From IMG/VR virus record IMGVR_UViG_3300020047_007580: 64,000 nucleotides of DNA, one strand, 5' to 3'. Made by a program: the position numbers and the translations under genes. The notes below the pieces were generated by a model. The model was not told where the DNA came from, did not search any database, and worked only from the letters and a program-made list of their open reading frames with translations. Positions 37,619-48,900 of the stretch are shown here, in pieces; within the stretch, counting starts at the first letter, position 1, and each line of letters begins with the position of its first letter. The DNA comes from a virus (taxonomy: Duplodnaviria > Heunggongvirae > Uroviricota > Caudoviricetes > Crassvirales).

Positions 37619-37963
37619 ATGTCACAATCATCACCAGAGGGAATTGTTTTAGGAAAAGGTTCTCAGTTAATATCAGCAGAATTGTCAATAAATAAAGAAA
37701 AAGTTTTTACAGTCAAGCAAGAAACACTTGAAGAATTATGTGATAGGGTATTAAATTACTTATACCCAAACTGTAAAAGAGAAATGAGTGGCTTACAATA
37801 TACTAATGCAATTAACTCTTTAAAACTTATTGCTGAATGGCAAGCTGAAAGAATGCATAAGTTTATAAACAATGAAAATAATCATACAAAAGGAGAACTA
37901 GGAAACTCATGTATTGATGCACAAACACTACTCAATTTTATTAAACAGTTTAAAAAGAAATGA
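37619..37963 (+). CDS. hypothetical protein (114 aa) sharing the C-terminal module of paralogs A/B
   Basis: Has ...IAEWQAERMHKF...FIKQFKKK. Confidence 0.5.
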   Translation: MSQSSPEGIVLGKGSQLISAELSINKEKVFTVKQETLEELCDRVLNYLYPNCKREMSGLQYTNAINSLKLIAEWQAERMHKFINNENNHTKGELGNSCIDAQTLLNFIKQFKKK

Positions 37964-37996
37964 CTTTAAAAGTAAATTAAAAAAAATAATATTTAA

Positions 37997-38191
37997 ATGA
38001 AAATAAAGCAGTTAATTGAGGCTAAAATTAAATACCTTGAATCAGAACTAGAAAATCTTAATAAAAATCTAGACAAGGTTAACAAAGGTTTAATTCCAAA
38101 TAGCAATACAGTTAGGAAATGCCCAAATTGTGGAACTAGGAATTTACACTATTATGTAGATACTAATAATTGGTGTTGCGCATGCTGTTAA
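37997..38191 (+). CDS. small Zn-ribbon protein (64 aa)
   Basis: CPNCG ... CCACC at the C-terminus. Confidence 0.35.
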   Translation: MKIKQLIEAKIKYLESELENLNKNLDKVNKGLIPNSNTVRKCPNCGTRNLHYYVDTNNWCCACC

Positions 38192-38493
38192 AAAAAAGAG
38201 ATCCAAAAGATAATTACGAATATAGTTGGTGGGGATATCTACATATAAACGGAAATGTTCAAGTAAAAAGATATTACAGTCCGGAACAATTACTTGATGC
38301 TGAAGACAGTCCTTTTGTCAAAATAATAGTTTATCCTTTTAACGCTATAAATAGGGAAAGCGCAGAATTAATAATAATTAAAAAGCTAGAAGATGAACAA
38401 ACTAGAAAAAGAAGAAGATTTAAAACGATTGGAGGAAGCAGTATTGATGATTCCAGAAACAGAAAATTTTCTAATTACGGACTTGAAGCTTAG
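38170..38493 (+). CDS. hypothetical protein (107 aa), N-terminal LLKKRD motif
   Basis: ORF only. Confidence 0.4.
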   Translation: MVLRMLLKKRDPKDNYEYSWWGYLHINGNVQVKRYYSPEQLLDAEDSPFVKIIVYPFNAINRESAELIIIKKLEDEQTRKRRRFKTIGGSSIDDSRNRKFSNYGLEA

Positions 38494-38689
38494 CGAGCAA
38501 TCAGAAAATGTAAGAAGCCACGCAATGTCTGTATTGCAAAAACACATGTTTATTCCTAAACATGAATGGGAATTTAAAGTGATTTCAATTATATCAGGAT
38601 TTTCTTCTGAAAAGTTAAAAACCTTATTTAATTTAGTTAAGCTAAAAGTAGTTTTAAATGAAGCTATAAAAAAATCAATAGAAAAGTAA
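38393..38689 (+). CDS. hypothetical protein (98 aa)
   Basis: ORF overlapping the previous one in another frame. One of the two may be spurious. Confidence 0.3.
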   Translation: MNKLEKEEDLKRLEEAVLMIPETENFLITDLKLSEQSENVRSHAMSVLQKHMFIPKHEWEFKVISIISGFSSEKLKTLFNLVKLKVVLNEAIKKSIEK

Positions 38690-38697
38690 AAACAAAA

Positions 38698-38734
38698 CCC
38701 TCAACTGACGAAAAGTCTATTGAGGGTTTTTTTT
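38698..38734 (+). terminator. Rho-independent terminator (end of plus-strand module)
   Basis: CCCTCAA...TTGAGGG hairpin followed by T8. Confidence 0.7.
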
Positions 38735-38743
38735 ATACTTACC

Positions 38744-38781
38744 AAAAAGGAGCGATATCTGTATGATATTAGCTCCTTTTT
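38744..38781. terminator. Bidirectional terminator at strand switch
   Basis: AAAAAGGAGC-(loop)-GCTCCTTTTT. An A-run and a T-run flank a GGAGC/GCTCC stem. Confidence 0.6.
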
Positions 38782-38840
38782 AAATTACTTACCGAATTCT
38801 ACAACTTAAGTCTCTATTCTCATATTGAAATTGATTTGTT

Positions 38841-41800
38841 TTAGTTGTTTTGCTGAAATCTCAACGCAGTCTCAAGATCTTTCTCCAAAAATGACGCGAT
38901 AAATGGAGTTGACTTTCTTAATTTAACATTAAGCTTGTTTCTTCCTTTGTTTATTCCTGATTCGTAAACTTCAGTTGGATCAGTAAACTGGGATATTACA
39001 GCTAAATTTCTATTAACTACTCCTAATGCGGCGGTAGGAGATGACATTAATTTTATAGCCTCTCTTGGATTCAAAAAATATGTAAGTTCACTAAGCTCTT
39101 TGCTTAATAAATATCTTGCCATAAGAGTTTCGTCATCAGGTTCATCATCAAAGCCTCCGGCTGCAGTGTAAGCTAATAACGTAATAGATATCATTCCTAT
39201 TTCAGCAGCCATTCTCTTCATGTTTGCTTTTTCATGTTTGTTTAACTTGTTAAAATTAGCGCTAATCATTTCTAATTGAAATCCTTTTCCAGCTTTTATT
39301 AACTGAGCAATAAATCTAGATGCAGTAGTGTAATAACCTTCTTGATATTGTTTAAGATCTTCAGAATAATATCTATCAGTTTCTTTTAAATCATCAGAAG
39401 CTACAAATGCTTTAGACACTCCGCGAAGTCTTCTTGTTGCTGAAGGTTCAATCCATTTCTTTAAAAAGAATAGTAATTTTCCCCACCATTCTCTTTGAGC
39501 AGAAGCCTTTATGCTTTCGTCATAAACTCCATACAAATCTACAGTCTTTTTTTTAATCAATCCTCTTATGTCTAACAATATCTTATCGGAACCTCCTCCT
39601 AATGGAGAGAATGTTGTAGCTTCTACAAAAGATTTTATTTGAATCTTAACCCCTCCTTTTCCGTCAGGAACAAATTCAATCATCTTATCCATTGGAGCAG
39701 CTTCTTTTTCAGTAGCAACTACTTTTCCTTCTGTATTAATAAATTCTCCTTTTTTGTTTAAAGCCTTAATGCTATTAAGAACTGCATACATTGTTTGCCC
39801 TTGCATCATGTGTTCTCCTCCGTGATCTAAAACCCTTAGGCTATGAAGAGACATTAATGATTTTACTTTATTTGTATCGCTAAATTTATTATTTAATGCT
39901 GATGAAGACCCCATTACATTAAAATAATTCATCAATAAGTTAGTTTTAGACGTTTCTACGTTTGAACCAACGTCTGTAATTATAGACCTCGCATCACTCC
40001 AGTAGTTTATTTTAGCTTGTTTCCAATCTCCCATATTGTATGTCTCGCCGCCAATCGCTTCAATTATACTAGAAACTGTTCCTGAAGTTGCGTTAATAAT
40101 TGAGTTTAAGTAATTACCAACTAAAGAGACATTACTTGCGTAACCCATGTAAGTTGACATTGCTTTTTGCACATTAACTCCATGTATTTCTCCTGCATTT
40201 TTTTCTTTAATTCCGTAAATTCTATTTTCAGCCATGCTAATAGCTTTTTTTACGTCATTAGGCATTTCATCAATGTTTTTATTTACTTGGATTCTTTTTA
40301 TTCCAGAAAATCCATGAACTTTAGCAAGTCCGCTAAGGCCATCATAGTCAGGGACCATTCTTTTTCCCATTACGTCTATTATGGTATTTACTGAAGCTTC
40401 AATTTTCTTTTTTTGCTCATAATTTTTAGCTCCTTCTAAGTTCATAAGAAGTATTGAATGCAAGTCAAAGCTTTGTTCTTTTTTGTTAAGTCTAGATCTA
40501 TACGGAACCGGAACGTTTAATTTCTCTTTATTAGTTACATCTGCAAAAACTTTCTTAAAATTCTTGTCTTGATCACTAATAGCTCCAATTTCAAATTCAT
40601 CATCTTTTCTTTTAAACATGTCGGTAAGTTTGTCCATTACTGCGCTTCCAACATTTCCTTCAGTAAGTCTTTCCATTGAAGATTTAGTTATTCCAGGAAG
40701 CATATATACTTTTGATCCAAAAACATCAGATATTAACGAAGTTTTAGATTCATACATTTCATCAGCCTCAATTATCATGTCTTTAAAAACTTTCAATTGA
40801 GCTTTATTCTCTTGAGACATAGAAGTAAACTTTTCATTAAGCCATTTGTCATGAGGCTCAATTTGAATTACTTCTCCGTATTGCACTTCTTGAGTATTGT
40901 TTTTAATCCATGCTCTAAACTCACTTTTAGCAACAGCCTCCCTCATTGGCATAGAATATTTTATTCCTCTTAGCGTATATTCTATAAATTCTCCTTCAAC
41001 TTTTACATTTTTAGCATATTTATCTAATGTGTAACTTTTTGTTACTCCATTATTTGTATACATCATTCCGTTCCAAGTTATGTTTTTATAAAATTCATTG
41101 TATTGATCAGGATCAGAAGACATTTTAGCCATTTCAAAGTATTGTTGGTGAAATTCTGGCAAATACTTTCCTACAAGACTTGATTCACCTTTTGAATTTT
41201 GTTCTATAAAGGCCCCATACTTTTGTTCCATGCTAGACTCGTTATGAGTTTTAGTAAATTCATCGTACTGACTTTTCACTTCGGAAGCTTTTGATTGTAT
41301 ATATCCAGATACTTCCATGTCTGCAGCGTCGGCCATTCTTGATATAACTTGAATTTCAGTAGAACTTATGTTTTTTTCATTAGCAAATACTCCAGAAAAC
41401 ATAGAGATGTCTTTGATAGATTTCTCAGCCATTCCTAAATAGAAATTAAAAGCAGCATTATCAATCGACTCTTTATTAATTTCCATTTGCTTTATAACCC
41501 AGACAGTTTTTGCTTCTTGAGGCTGGGTTCTTTCCCATAATTTTCCATAATGATCTAAATACTCTTGCTCATGCTCATTTGAGTTTTGCATAAGTATTCT
41601 TGCGTATATTTGTCTTTGAGCTGTAAGTAGTTCTTTATTTACTGATTCTCTCTCTGCATTTATTGATGCTAATTCTTTCACAAATGTTTCCTTTCTACCA
41701 TCTGAAATTTCTTTTCTATCATGAAGAGAAATAATCATTGTTTCAATCTCGTCTAAAAGTCCAAAAGCTGAATTATATTCTTTCAATTCAGCTATCACTT

Positions 41801-42995
41801 CAGGAGTCATTTTATCGCCTTTTTTTAATTTTGCGACTCTATTTTTCATTAGTTTGATTTGATATTTGGACCACTTATTATATTTGATTAATCCATTTAT
41901 TTGACTTGTTGTGCTGTACTTTTCCAAAAGATTTTTTAATTCTTCTATTTTTTCAAAAGGAGTCATTTCATTTTTAGCGTGAGCTTTTACTTTTCTTTCA
42001 GTTTCTTTTGCTCTTTCTGCAACTCCAACAGGCTTATGCTGTTCAAAAATTATAGAAATTCTAGCTTGAACTTGCTCATAAATTGATTCTAAACTAGTTT
42101 CAATTTTTGTTTCAACTCCAGTTTCTTCATTTATAAACTTACCGACTCTTTCCTCCATTGATTGACTATTTAAGTTTTCAAGTAAATCTTGATTAACTTT
42201 TTCATCAAGCAATTCTTTTGTTAAAGATTCAATAGCGTTTGATTCTAATCCAAATGTTCTATAAAGATAATCCATAACCCAATTACGAAATGATTCCCAA
42301 GCTGACTTTGTTTCAGAGGAAGTTCTTTCGTCCCATATCTCAGATCCTTTTCTTCCTATAGCTGTAGCTAAAATCTCTTTGTGCAAATCTTCTTCCATGA
42401 GCTCAGGATACAACGATTCTATCTCTGACCATAACTTAGTACCTCTAAGTGATAATAGTCCTTTCTGCAGCCTAGGATTGGCTAATCCTTTTGGAAATGA
42501 ATCTATAAATATATGACTAAATTCATGTATTGCAGTAGTCTTAAATATTTTTGATGGATTAATAAGTATTACTGGCTTTCCTGCAGCAAGAGTTCTAGGA
42601 TCATTTGACCCAAGCACTCTAGACGTTTCTACATCTGAGTCCAAAATTACATCAACGTTCATGTTTTCTTGAAGTAATTCAATTTTTTTAGCAAAAGTAT
42701 TCATATCTTCCTCTAAATAGTCTCCATTTAATTGAGATTTTTCTTGAGCATAAGAAAATCCTTTTGCCTTATCTATTGCTTGAAATACAGATTTGTTTGG
42801 TATTGCTTTGTTGTTTTCCTCAAGAAATAACTTTCCTTTGGTTCCGTAAGTTTTCTCTGCAAAAGCAGAAAATTTATTGTTACTTTTTCTAAATATATTT
42901 TCATCTATAATGTTCAAGAACTTATCTATCGCACCATTAGTGCGCATCCACGCTTTGGTGGATGCTTCACTAGTTTTAAATTCACATGATTTCAT
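38841..42995 (-). CDS. giant virion protein (1384 aa) with zincin-like HEXXH motif; candidate ejected cargo protein
   Basis: Uninterrupted 4.2-kb ORF. HEFSH at plus-strand coordinates 42513-42527 with acidic residues downstream. Adjacent to the RNAP-like gene. Confidence 0.65.
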   Translation of the reverse strand: MKSCEFKTSEASTKAWMRTNGAIDKFLNIIDENIFRKSNNKFSAFAEKTYGTKGKLFLEENNKAIPNKSVFQAIDKAKGFSYAQEKSQLNGDYLEEDMNTFAKKIELLQENMNVDVILDSDVETSRVLGSNDPRTLAAGKPVILINPSKIFKTTAIHEFSHIFIDSFPKGLANPRLQKGLLSLRGTKLWSEIESLYPELMEEDLHKEILATAIGRKGSEIWDERTSSETKSAWESFRNWVMDYLYRTFGLESNAIESLTKELLDEKVNQDLLENLNSQSMEERVGKFINEETGVETKIETSLESIYEQVQARISIIFEQHKPVGVAERAKETERKVKAHAKNEMTPFEKIEELKNLLEKYSTTSQINGLIKYNKWSKYQIKLMKNRVAKLKKGDKMTPEVIAELKEYNSAFGLLDEIETMIISLHDRKEISDGRKETFVKELASINAERESVNKELLTAQRQIYARILMQNSNEHEQEYLDHYGKLWERTQPQEAKTVWVIKQMEINKESIDNAAFNFYLGMAEKSIKDISMFSGVFANEKNISSTEIQVISRMADAADMEVSGYIQSKASEVKSQYDEFTKTHNESSMEQKYGAFIEQNSKGESSLVGKYLPEFHQQYFEMAKMSSDPDQYNEFYKNITWNGMMYTNNGVTKSYTLDKYAKNVKVEGEFIEYTLRGIKYSMPMREAVAKSEFRAWIKNNTQEVQYGEVIQIEPHDKWLNEKFTSMSQENKAQLKVFKDMIIEADEMYESKTSLISDVFGSKVYMLPGITKSSMERLTEGNVGSAVMDKLTDMFKRKDDEFEIGAISDQDKNFKKVFADVTNKEKLNVPVPYRSRLNKKEQSFDLHSILLMNLEGAKNYEQKKKIEASVNTIIDVMGKRMVPDYDGLSGLAKVHGFSGIKRIQVNKNIDEMPNDVKKAISMAENRIYGIKEKNAGEIHGVNVQKAMSTYMGYASNVSLVGNYLNSIINATSGTVSSIIEAIGGETYNMGDWKQAKINYWSDARSIITDVGSNVETSKTNLLMNYFNVMGSSSALNNKFSDTNKVKSLMSLHSLRVLDHGGEHMMQGQTMYAVLNSIKALNKKGEFINTEGKVVATEKEAAPMDKMIEFVPDGKGGVKIQIKSFVEATTFSPLGGGSDKILLDIRGLIKKKTVDLYGVYDESIKASAQREWWGKLLFFLKKWIEPSATRRLRGVSKAFVASDDLKETDRYYSEDLKQYQEGYYTTASRFIAQLIKAGKGFQLEMISANFNKLNKHEKANMKRMAAEIGMISITLLAYTAAGGFDDEPDDETLMARYLLSKELSELTYFLNPREAIKLMSSPTAALGVVNRNLAVISQFTDPTEVYESGINKGRNKLNVKLRKSTPFIASFLEKDLETALRFQQNN

Positions 42996-42996
42996 A

Positions 42997-45900
42997 TTAA
43001 CAGGTTAATGGGTTTTCACTCGTATTTGTTTCGTCTTCTTCTGACAAAGGTAATGCTTTATTTTCTTTCTCTCTAACAGGAGATAACATATCTTCTTTTA
43101 AAAATAATCCTCTAGCTCTAGCTTCATCCATAAACTCATCTATTTGAATTTGCTGAGACTCACTAATATTATTTTCAGATATTACTGAGTTAGTTGATTT
43201 TTTATCATATTGATATTCAACTATACTACCATTGTTGTATTTTGCTCCAAGTTTAAATGTTCTGACGTATGTAGGCATGAATTTTTCTTTTTCATTTCCA
43301 TTATTATCAACAGTCGTGCTCTTAGACATTCCTACTAATTTATAAAGAACTGTTGTTTCAGAAGGCATGCCACTATATTCTCCATTGTCTTTAAAAACCC
43401 TAGAAACAAACTCCGGGTAAGTTCCGGCTCCATCTTTTGAAATACCAGTCATAATTCCGCCTTTAGTTTCAGTTCCTTCATCGTATACAAACCCAGTCGA
43501 TGCTATCGTAGTACCAACTCGCTTAATATTTTTAGAAGATACTCTTTGTACTATCTTTTTATCAGCAGAAGAGTGTCTAAACATTTGATCTCTAAAGTCT
43601 TCACTTAAATCCATAGCATTCATTTCTTGATGTATAGATTTAATATGTTCTGATACTCCTGCATTTACTAAAGCTTCGTGAGGTATGTGAGTAAAGAATT
43701 GGTTTAAATTAGTTTTAAATCCAGATTGACTAAATGCATATCTAATTAATCTGTTCCCTAACACTCTTTCTTCTTTTACATTACTTCTTAATAATTCAAC
43801 CCACGCTCTGTAAATTTTATTATTGTAAGTTTTAGGCTTGTTTTTACTACTAATTTTCAAAAAGTTATATCCTGCAGAACTTTTTATTTCTAATTCCTGT
43901 ATTAAGAAATTAGTAGATCCGTCTTCTTTCATTTTGTAAATATCTTCAGGAACTTGTCTAAACAACACGTCTATATCTTTTAAGTTATCTTTAAAAATAT
44001 CAAGTCCAGACATTGCATAAGAATAAAAATCAGCAGAGATGCTTTTAATAAATTCTTCATTTGTTGATAAAGCTCCTTTTCCAGTTCTTTCAGACATATT
44101 GTTTATTGTAGATTGAAGAGTTGGATTTGCAGACATAAATAAATCATTATCTACAACCAATTTATTAACCCAGTTAATTCCGTTTTGTCTATAAGTACCA
44201 GTAAAAGTATCTTTAAATTTATCAACAAAACCTTGAATTTTATCGTTAAACAAAACATTTTCATACTTATTTTTAGCAACCATCATTTGAGCAAAATCTC
44301 CAGCATCAGGAGTTTTGGAAGCTCCTACTGCTTCAGCAAAGAATTTTGATTTTTCCTGAAAGTATTCAAAAATATTAAGAGTTTCTTCTTGCATGGCAAC
44401 TTCTTCTTCGGTAAAATTACTCATGTCTCTATCTTGACTGAACTTTTTAATAGCGGTTTCTAATTGTTTAAAAGAATATTTTTTAACATAATTCTCAACA
44501 TCAATAGCAGTAACCGCTTTTTTACCTAATCCATTTGATTTTCTGACAAACTCAGTAGCATTAAATCTTTCTCCGTCAATTGCTAATTCTTGAGAAGTTA
44601 TTCCTTCTGAATTTTTTGTTGTTCTTGTCATTTCAGCAAGCATTGGTTGAGCAACAAACCTATTTACCCATTCAACAGGTGTTCCGGCGCGAAGTAACAT
44701 AAACGTAACTCCGGAAGTTATTCCATTATGATTACCTCTAGAAATATAAGGATCTTTAGCAATATCTACATAAGCATTCAAGAAAGCTGAAATTGCATCA
44801 GCAATAGAGTGTCCGTTATTTATGTCGTATTCATTATCAAACTTTGTATTTCCAAAGTTATCTTTAGCTCCTATACCTAAATATCCGTCAAAAGTTATAT
44901 TCTGATGTCTATTTACCATGTGATCCACAAGTTGATTAGCAGTTTGCGCCACTCCAATCTTTCCCGACAGGTATTCAAATTTAGTTTTCATTTGATAGGC
45001 AGGAGAATAAAAAGTCAAATCTTCTAGAGAAGTCTCTGGAAACATCCCAATAATATCATCTTTAAAAAATGAAGCGTCAATAGAAGTCATAACTTTATCA
45101 TATGCGTGTTCACTTTTAAGAATTGAAGAGTATAAATCAATTAATCTGTTCTGAACAGATTTCATACTTTTTGAATTTTCATCATGAGGAACGGCAGTAA
45201 CTTTTCCAGTTGTCTTATCTACATGAAGATTTGGCATCATTACGTACATTTTATCAATATCAAAATCCGAACCAGTCTTAGCCGGAACAGCATCGTATGC
45301 GATGATTGAATCTCCGACCCCCGGAGGAAGTATTCCGACAATTTCCATCGCGTCATTAGATGACATTCCTTGATTAGGAATCCTATAAGTAACTAACTGC
45401 AAAGCAGAAGGATCTATCATTGCCATTAATTGTTTGCCTGACATTCCATTCCAATCAGTTCCTTCAGGAAGCAGTTTAAGTAATGCTGAATGAGGCATAA
45501 AACATTGACCAGGCATATAAGTCTTTGTTGCTTTATCGTAATGAGGCGGCTTCAATCCTTTCTTGTCATAATTATCAGAAACAATTTTAATACCAGATTT
45601 TTCTGTATCGCTGATAGAATCAAATCCAAATTGACTTACTTGAATAAAAGAACCTCCATTAGTATAGACCTTTGTTAACTGTTTATTCATCATAGACATA
45701 AAAACATTTTCAACTTTATTTCTAATTTGAGGTATAGCGTCAAATGGCAAGTCTTTCTCAAGTGCCGCAAGTATATTGTCATTACCACCTCTTGATTTAA
45801 ATTCAGAAATAAGTGACGAATAAACTCTATCCATGTTGTTTATTTTCATTTTACCTGTAGATGCGTCTTCTTTAATATCGAATTCTTCCATCAAACTGGC

Positions 45901-48900
45901 TTTACCCATATCTGATAAATTAGATAATGTAGAATGTATCATTTCAAGAATTTTATCTCCTTTAATCTCTTCTCCATTAAAGTTGTAAGTTCCATTTACA
46001 TCTATGCCGGCTAATATGTTTTTTTGAATTTGAGATCCAACCATCGTTTCGTGAGCAAGTTTTGTCGGAAGATCTTGTTGTAATTTCCAACCTCTATTCT
46101 TTAAAGGAACAGGATTTAATTCAAAATCAACTTTCATGTCTCCATTTGGTTCGTGAATTAATGTAGGCGCTGTGGCTCCAACTTTAATTCCATCAATAGT
46201 CACAACTTCATGTATCTCATCTTTACCAGAAAGAGTATTTCCATCTTTGTCCTTTGTCATTTTGTCCAAGAGAGCTTGCATAGGAGTTCCTTTTACTAGC
46301 TGTGGTATAAGTACTGCTTGAGAGTATTTAAGATAAACAGGAACGGTAGAATTAAGCTCAAAGTAAACTCCCTTCATTGGTTGAGCTACTAATTTCATTT
46401 CATTTTGAGATAATTTTTGACCTACTTTTCCATTTTTAGGATTAACATACATCATTTTCTCCCAAGCTGATTGATGAGACTCTGGACCGGTAGTCCATTG
46501 GCCCAATCTTTCTTTAAGAAACTTCCATCTTCTTGGAGTAATCCATGCTTGAGCATCAGTTGAGTTAACTTTGCCTTTAGTATATGCATCAGCAATAGAT
46601 TTGTCTTTTACAGACTCTCTAATTAAATCTACATATCTAGAAGATATTTCAGCTCCCTTAACTGTTGCTTGATTAAAATACACATGGTCATTAAGTGATA
46701 AAAATAATTGTAACCCATCAGTGTATGACGCCGGAGTTCTTTTAATCATATCAGACATACTTTTAAAGTACGCCGGATCTCCTAAGAATAATTTGTTATA
46801 CTCAATTGTGTTTATAATGCTATTCATGAAGAAATCACCAGACATTGCTCTTACTGGGTCCCTGGACCCTTCGTAGGCTCCGATTATATTTTCATCAACA
46901 GACAAATTTGTAGCCACTTCAGCAGCATGAATGATTCCCATATCATCCATGTTTTTTAAATTGTCATCAAGTCTTAATGATAATGATTTTTTTATTAATT
47001 CTTTAACTATAGCTTTTTGTTCATTAGTCATTCCTGAAATTGAATACATACCATTTTCTTGACCTAGAGGCAATCCGTCTTTGTATAAAGTTATGTATTC
47101 CAAGGAATCTTTATCCATATTTTCTGGAGATAAACTAGGAAAAGTTTGAGACTTGAGTCCGTTAGGGATTCCTTTACCAACAGTATGATAATGCACTATT
47201 AATTTTTCAGGACTTAAAGTAGCTAGTTCGTTGCTAACTTTTTTCATTCTATTGTACTCGTCTTCAAAGTAGTCTGCTAAAACACTAAGCGTTTCGTCAT
47301 TAATATACCATTCTCCATCAACATAATCAATTTTAGAATCAAAAGTTGGCATACCTTCAATCTCAATCTTTCTACCTTTATCTGCTGCAAGAAGAGTTTG
47401 TGCGTAATTTTTTCCTCCGGCTTTATGTCCAAGAGTTTTTGCTATTGCATTGTTAAGCGCGTCTACTGGAGAAATCTCCTTAGTGTCTTTACCGTCATTT
47501 TCTCCTTTAGATTTGAATGAACTGTCTAGTCCAATTTGTATTTCTGAAATTCTTCTTTTAGATTCCTTTTCTCTTTTACTTGCATTCGAAGCTATCAATA
47601 CTCCTTGTCTACTTTTCTCTGCATTAAGCAAATATTTTAACCAAAGAGATCCTTTGTGATAAGGACTTACGGCAAGTTTATCTAACTCAGACGCGTCTCT
47701 TTTCCATTCATTTATTACATTATGCAAGTAAGATGGATTAGAATAAGCAAAATAACTCTTACCGTTATTGGCAAGAACATTATTTTCGGCCATGTTTATC
47801 TCAAATAAAGCTTTAGCTCTTGACAATAATTTTACAACTTCTTGATTGTCAAAAGGATTAACTTTTTCATCTCCTGAAACTAAAGAAGTTTTTGGATCTA
47901 ATATATATTTGAGCATATAATCTGTTGATTTAAATAAATCAAGTATTGATTCAACAGCTTTTTCTTCTCCTCCAGTCATTCTCATATAAGAGATAACATC
48001 ATTGTTTGTTATGTCGGCGCCAAGCCCATTAAATAAGTCTACTACTTTTGGTATTTGCAACATAACTTGTCTCATTTGAACAGGATGCTCTTGGCCGGCT
48101 ATTAATTGACCAAAATCTCTCATATTCTCTGTAAGAGCAATCTTAGTTTGAGCGATAGCGTCTCTAGCGTCATCAGTTAATTCATATCCATTAGTGAATG
48201 TCTTAGCGAACTTAACTCCCCATTGGCCTCGTATTTTACTGTCTCTTGAATTGGTAGAAGTGGCATTGATTATTTTATATTTATTCGTAGCTTTATCTAC
48301 CTCAGTTACGTAAAAGTTAAGTTTTGATTTAGCAAAAGTTTGAACGAATTGAGCTTGTTGATTGAGATCCATTTTATTTACTCTTTCTAATAATCCGCCC
48401 ATCCATGGCTTAACAGATGCTAAAGCTTTCATTTCAATTTTCATTATGTCAAGGGCATTTACCAAATCACCTCCATTGCTATTGTGAGAAACAATGTCGG
48501 ATAATAGCGGCTGAAGAGTCCCCCAGACGTCATCAAATTCAGCAAACTTGGCTTTTCCTAAGAAAGAGTCTCTTTTATGACGAATCCTTGGAACAGAAAG
48601 ATCTTTTACATCTTCTTCACTAAGGTTTCCAATAACTTCTCCTTTTAAATGCCTTTGTCTCAATTCATTAACTTGCACTTGAGTTAATTTGTGTTTTATA
48701 GCAAGTCTCTTTGACGCGGCTAAAAATTCAGGGTTTCCTTCGGTGTCTGGCAACAAACTAAGAACTAACTTAATTCTTGCAGGAGCAGTTTCTTTTGAAT
48801 TAGTTTCAAATGATTCTGAAATATTTATTCCTCCGGCTTTGTCATCTTCTCCTAATTCAGTTTCGTATTCTCCTTTTTCATTTAAAATGCTTTGACGATA

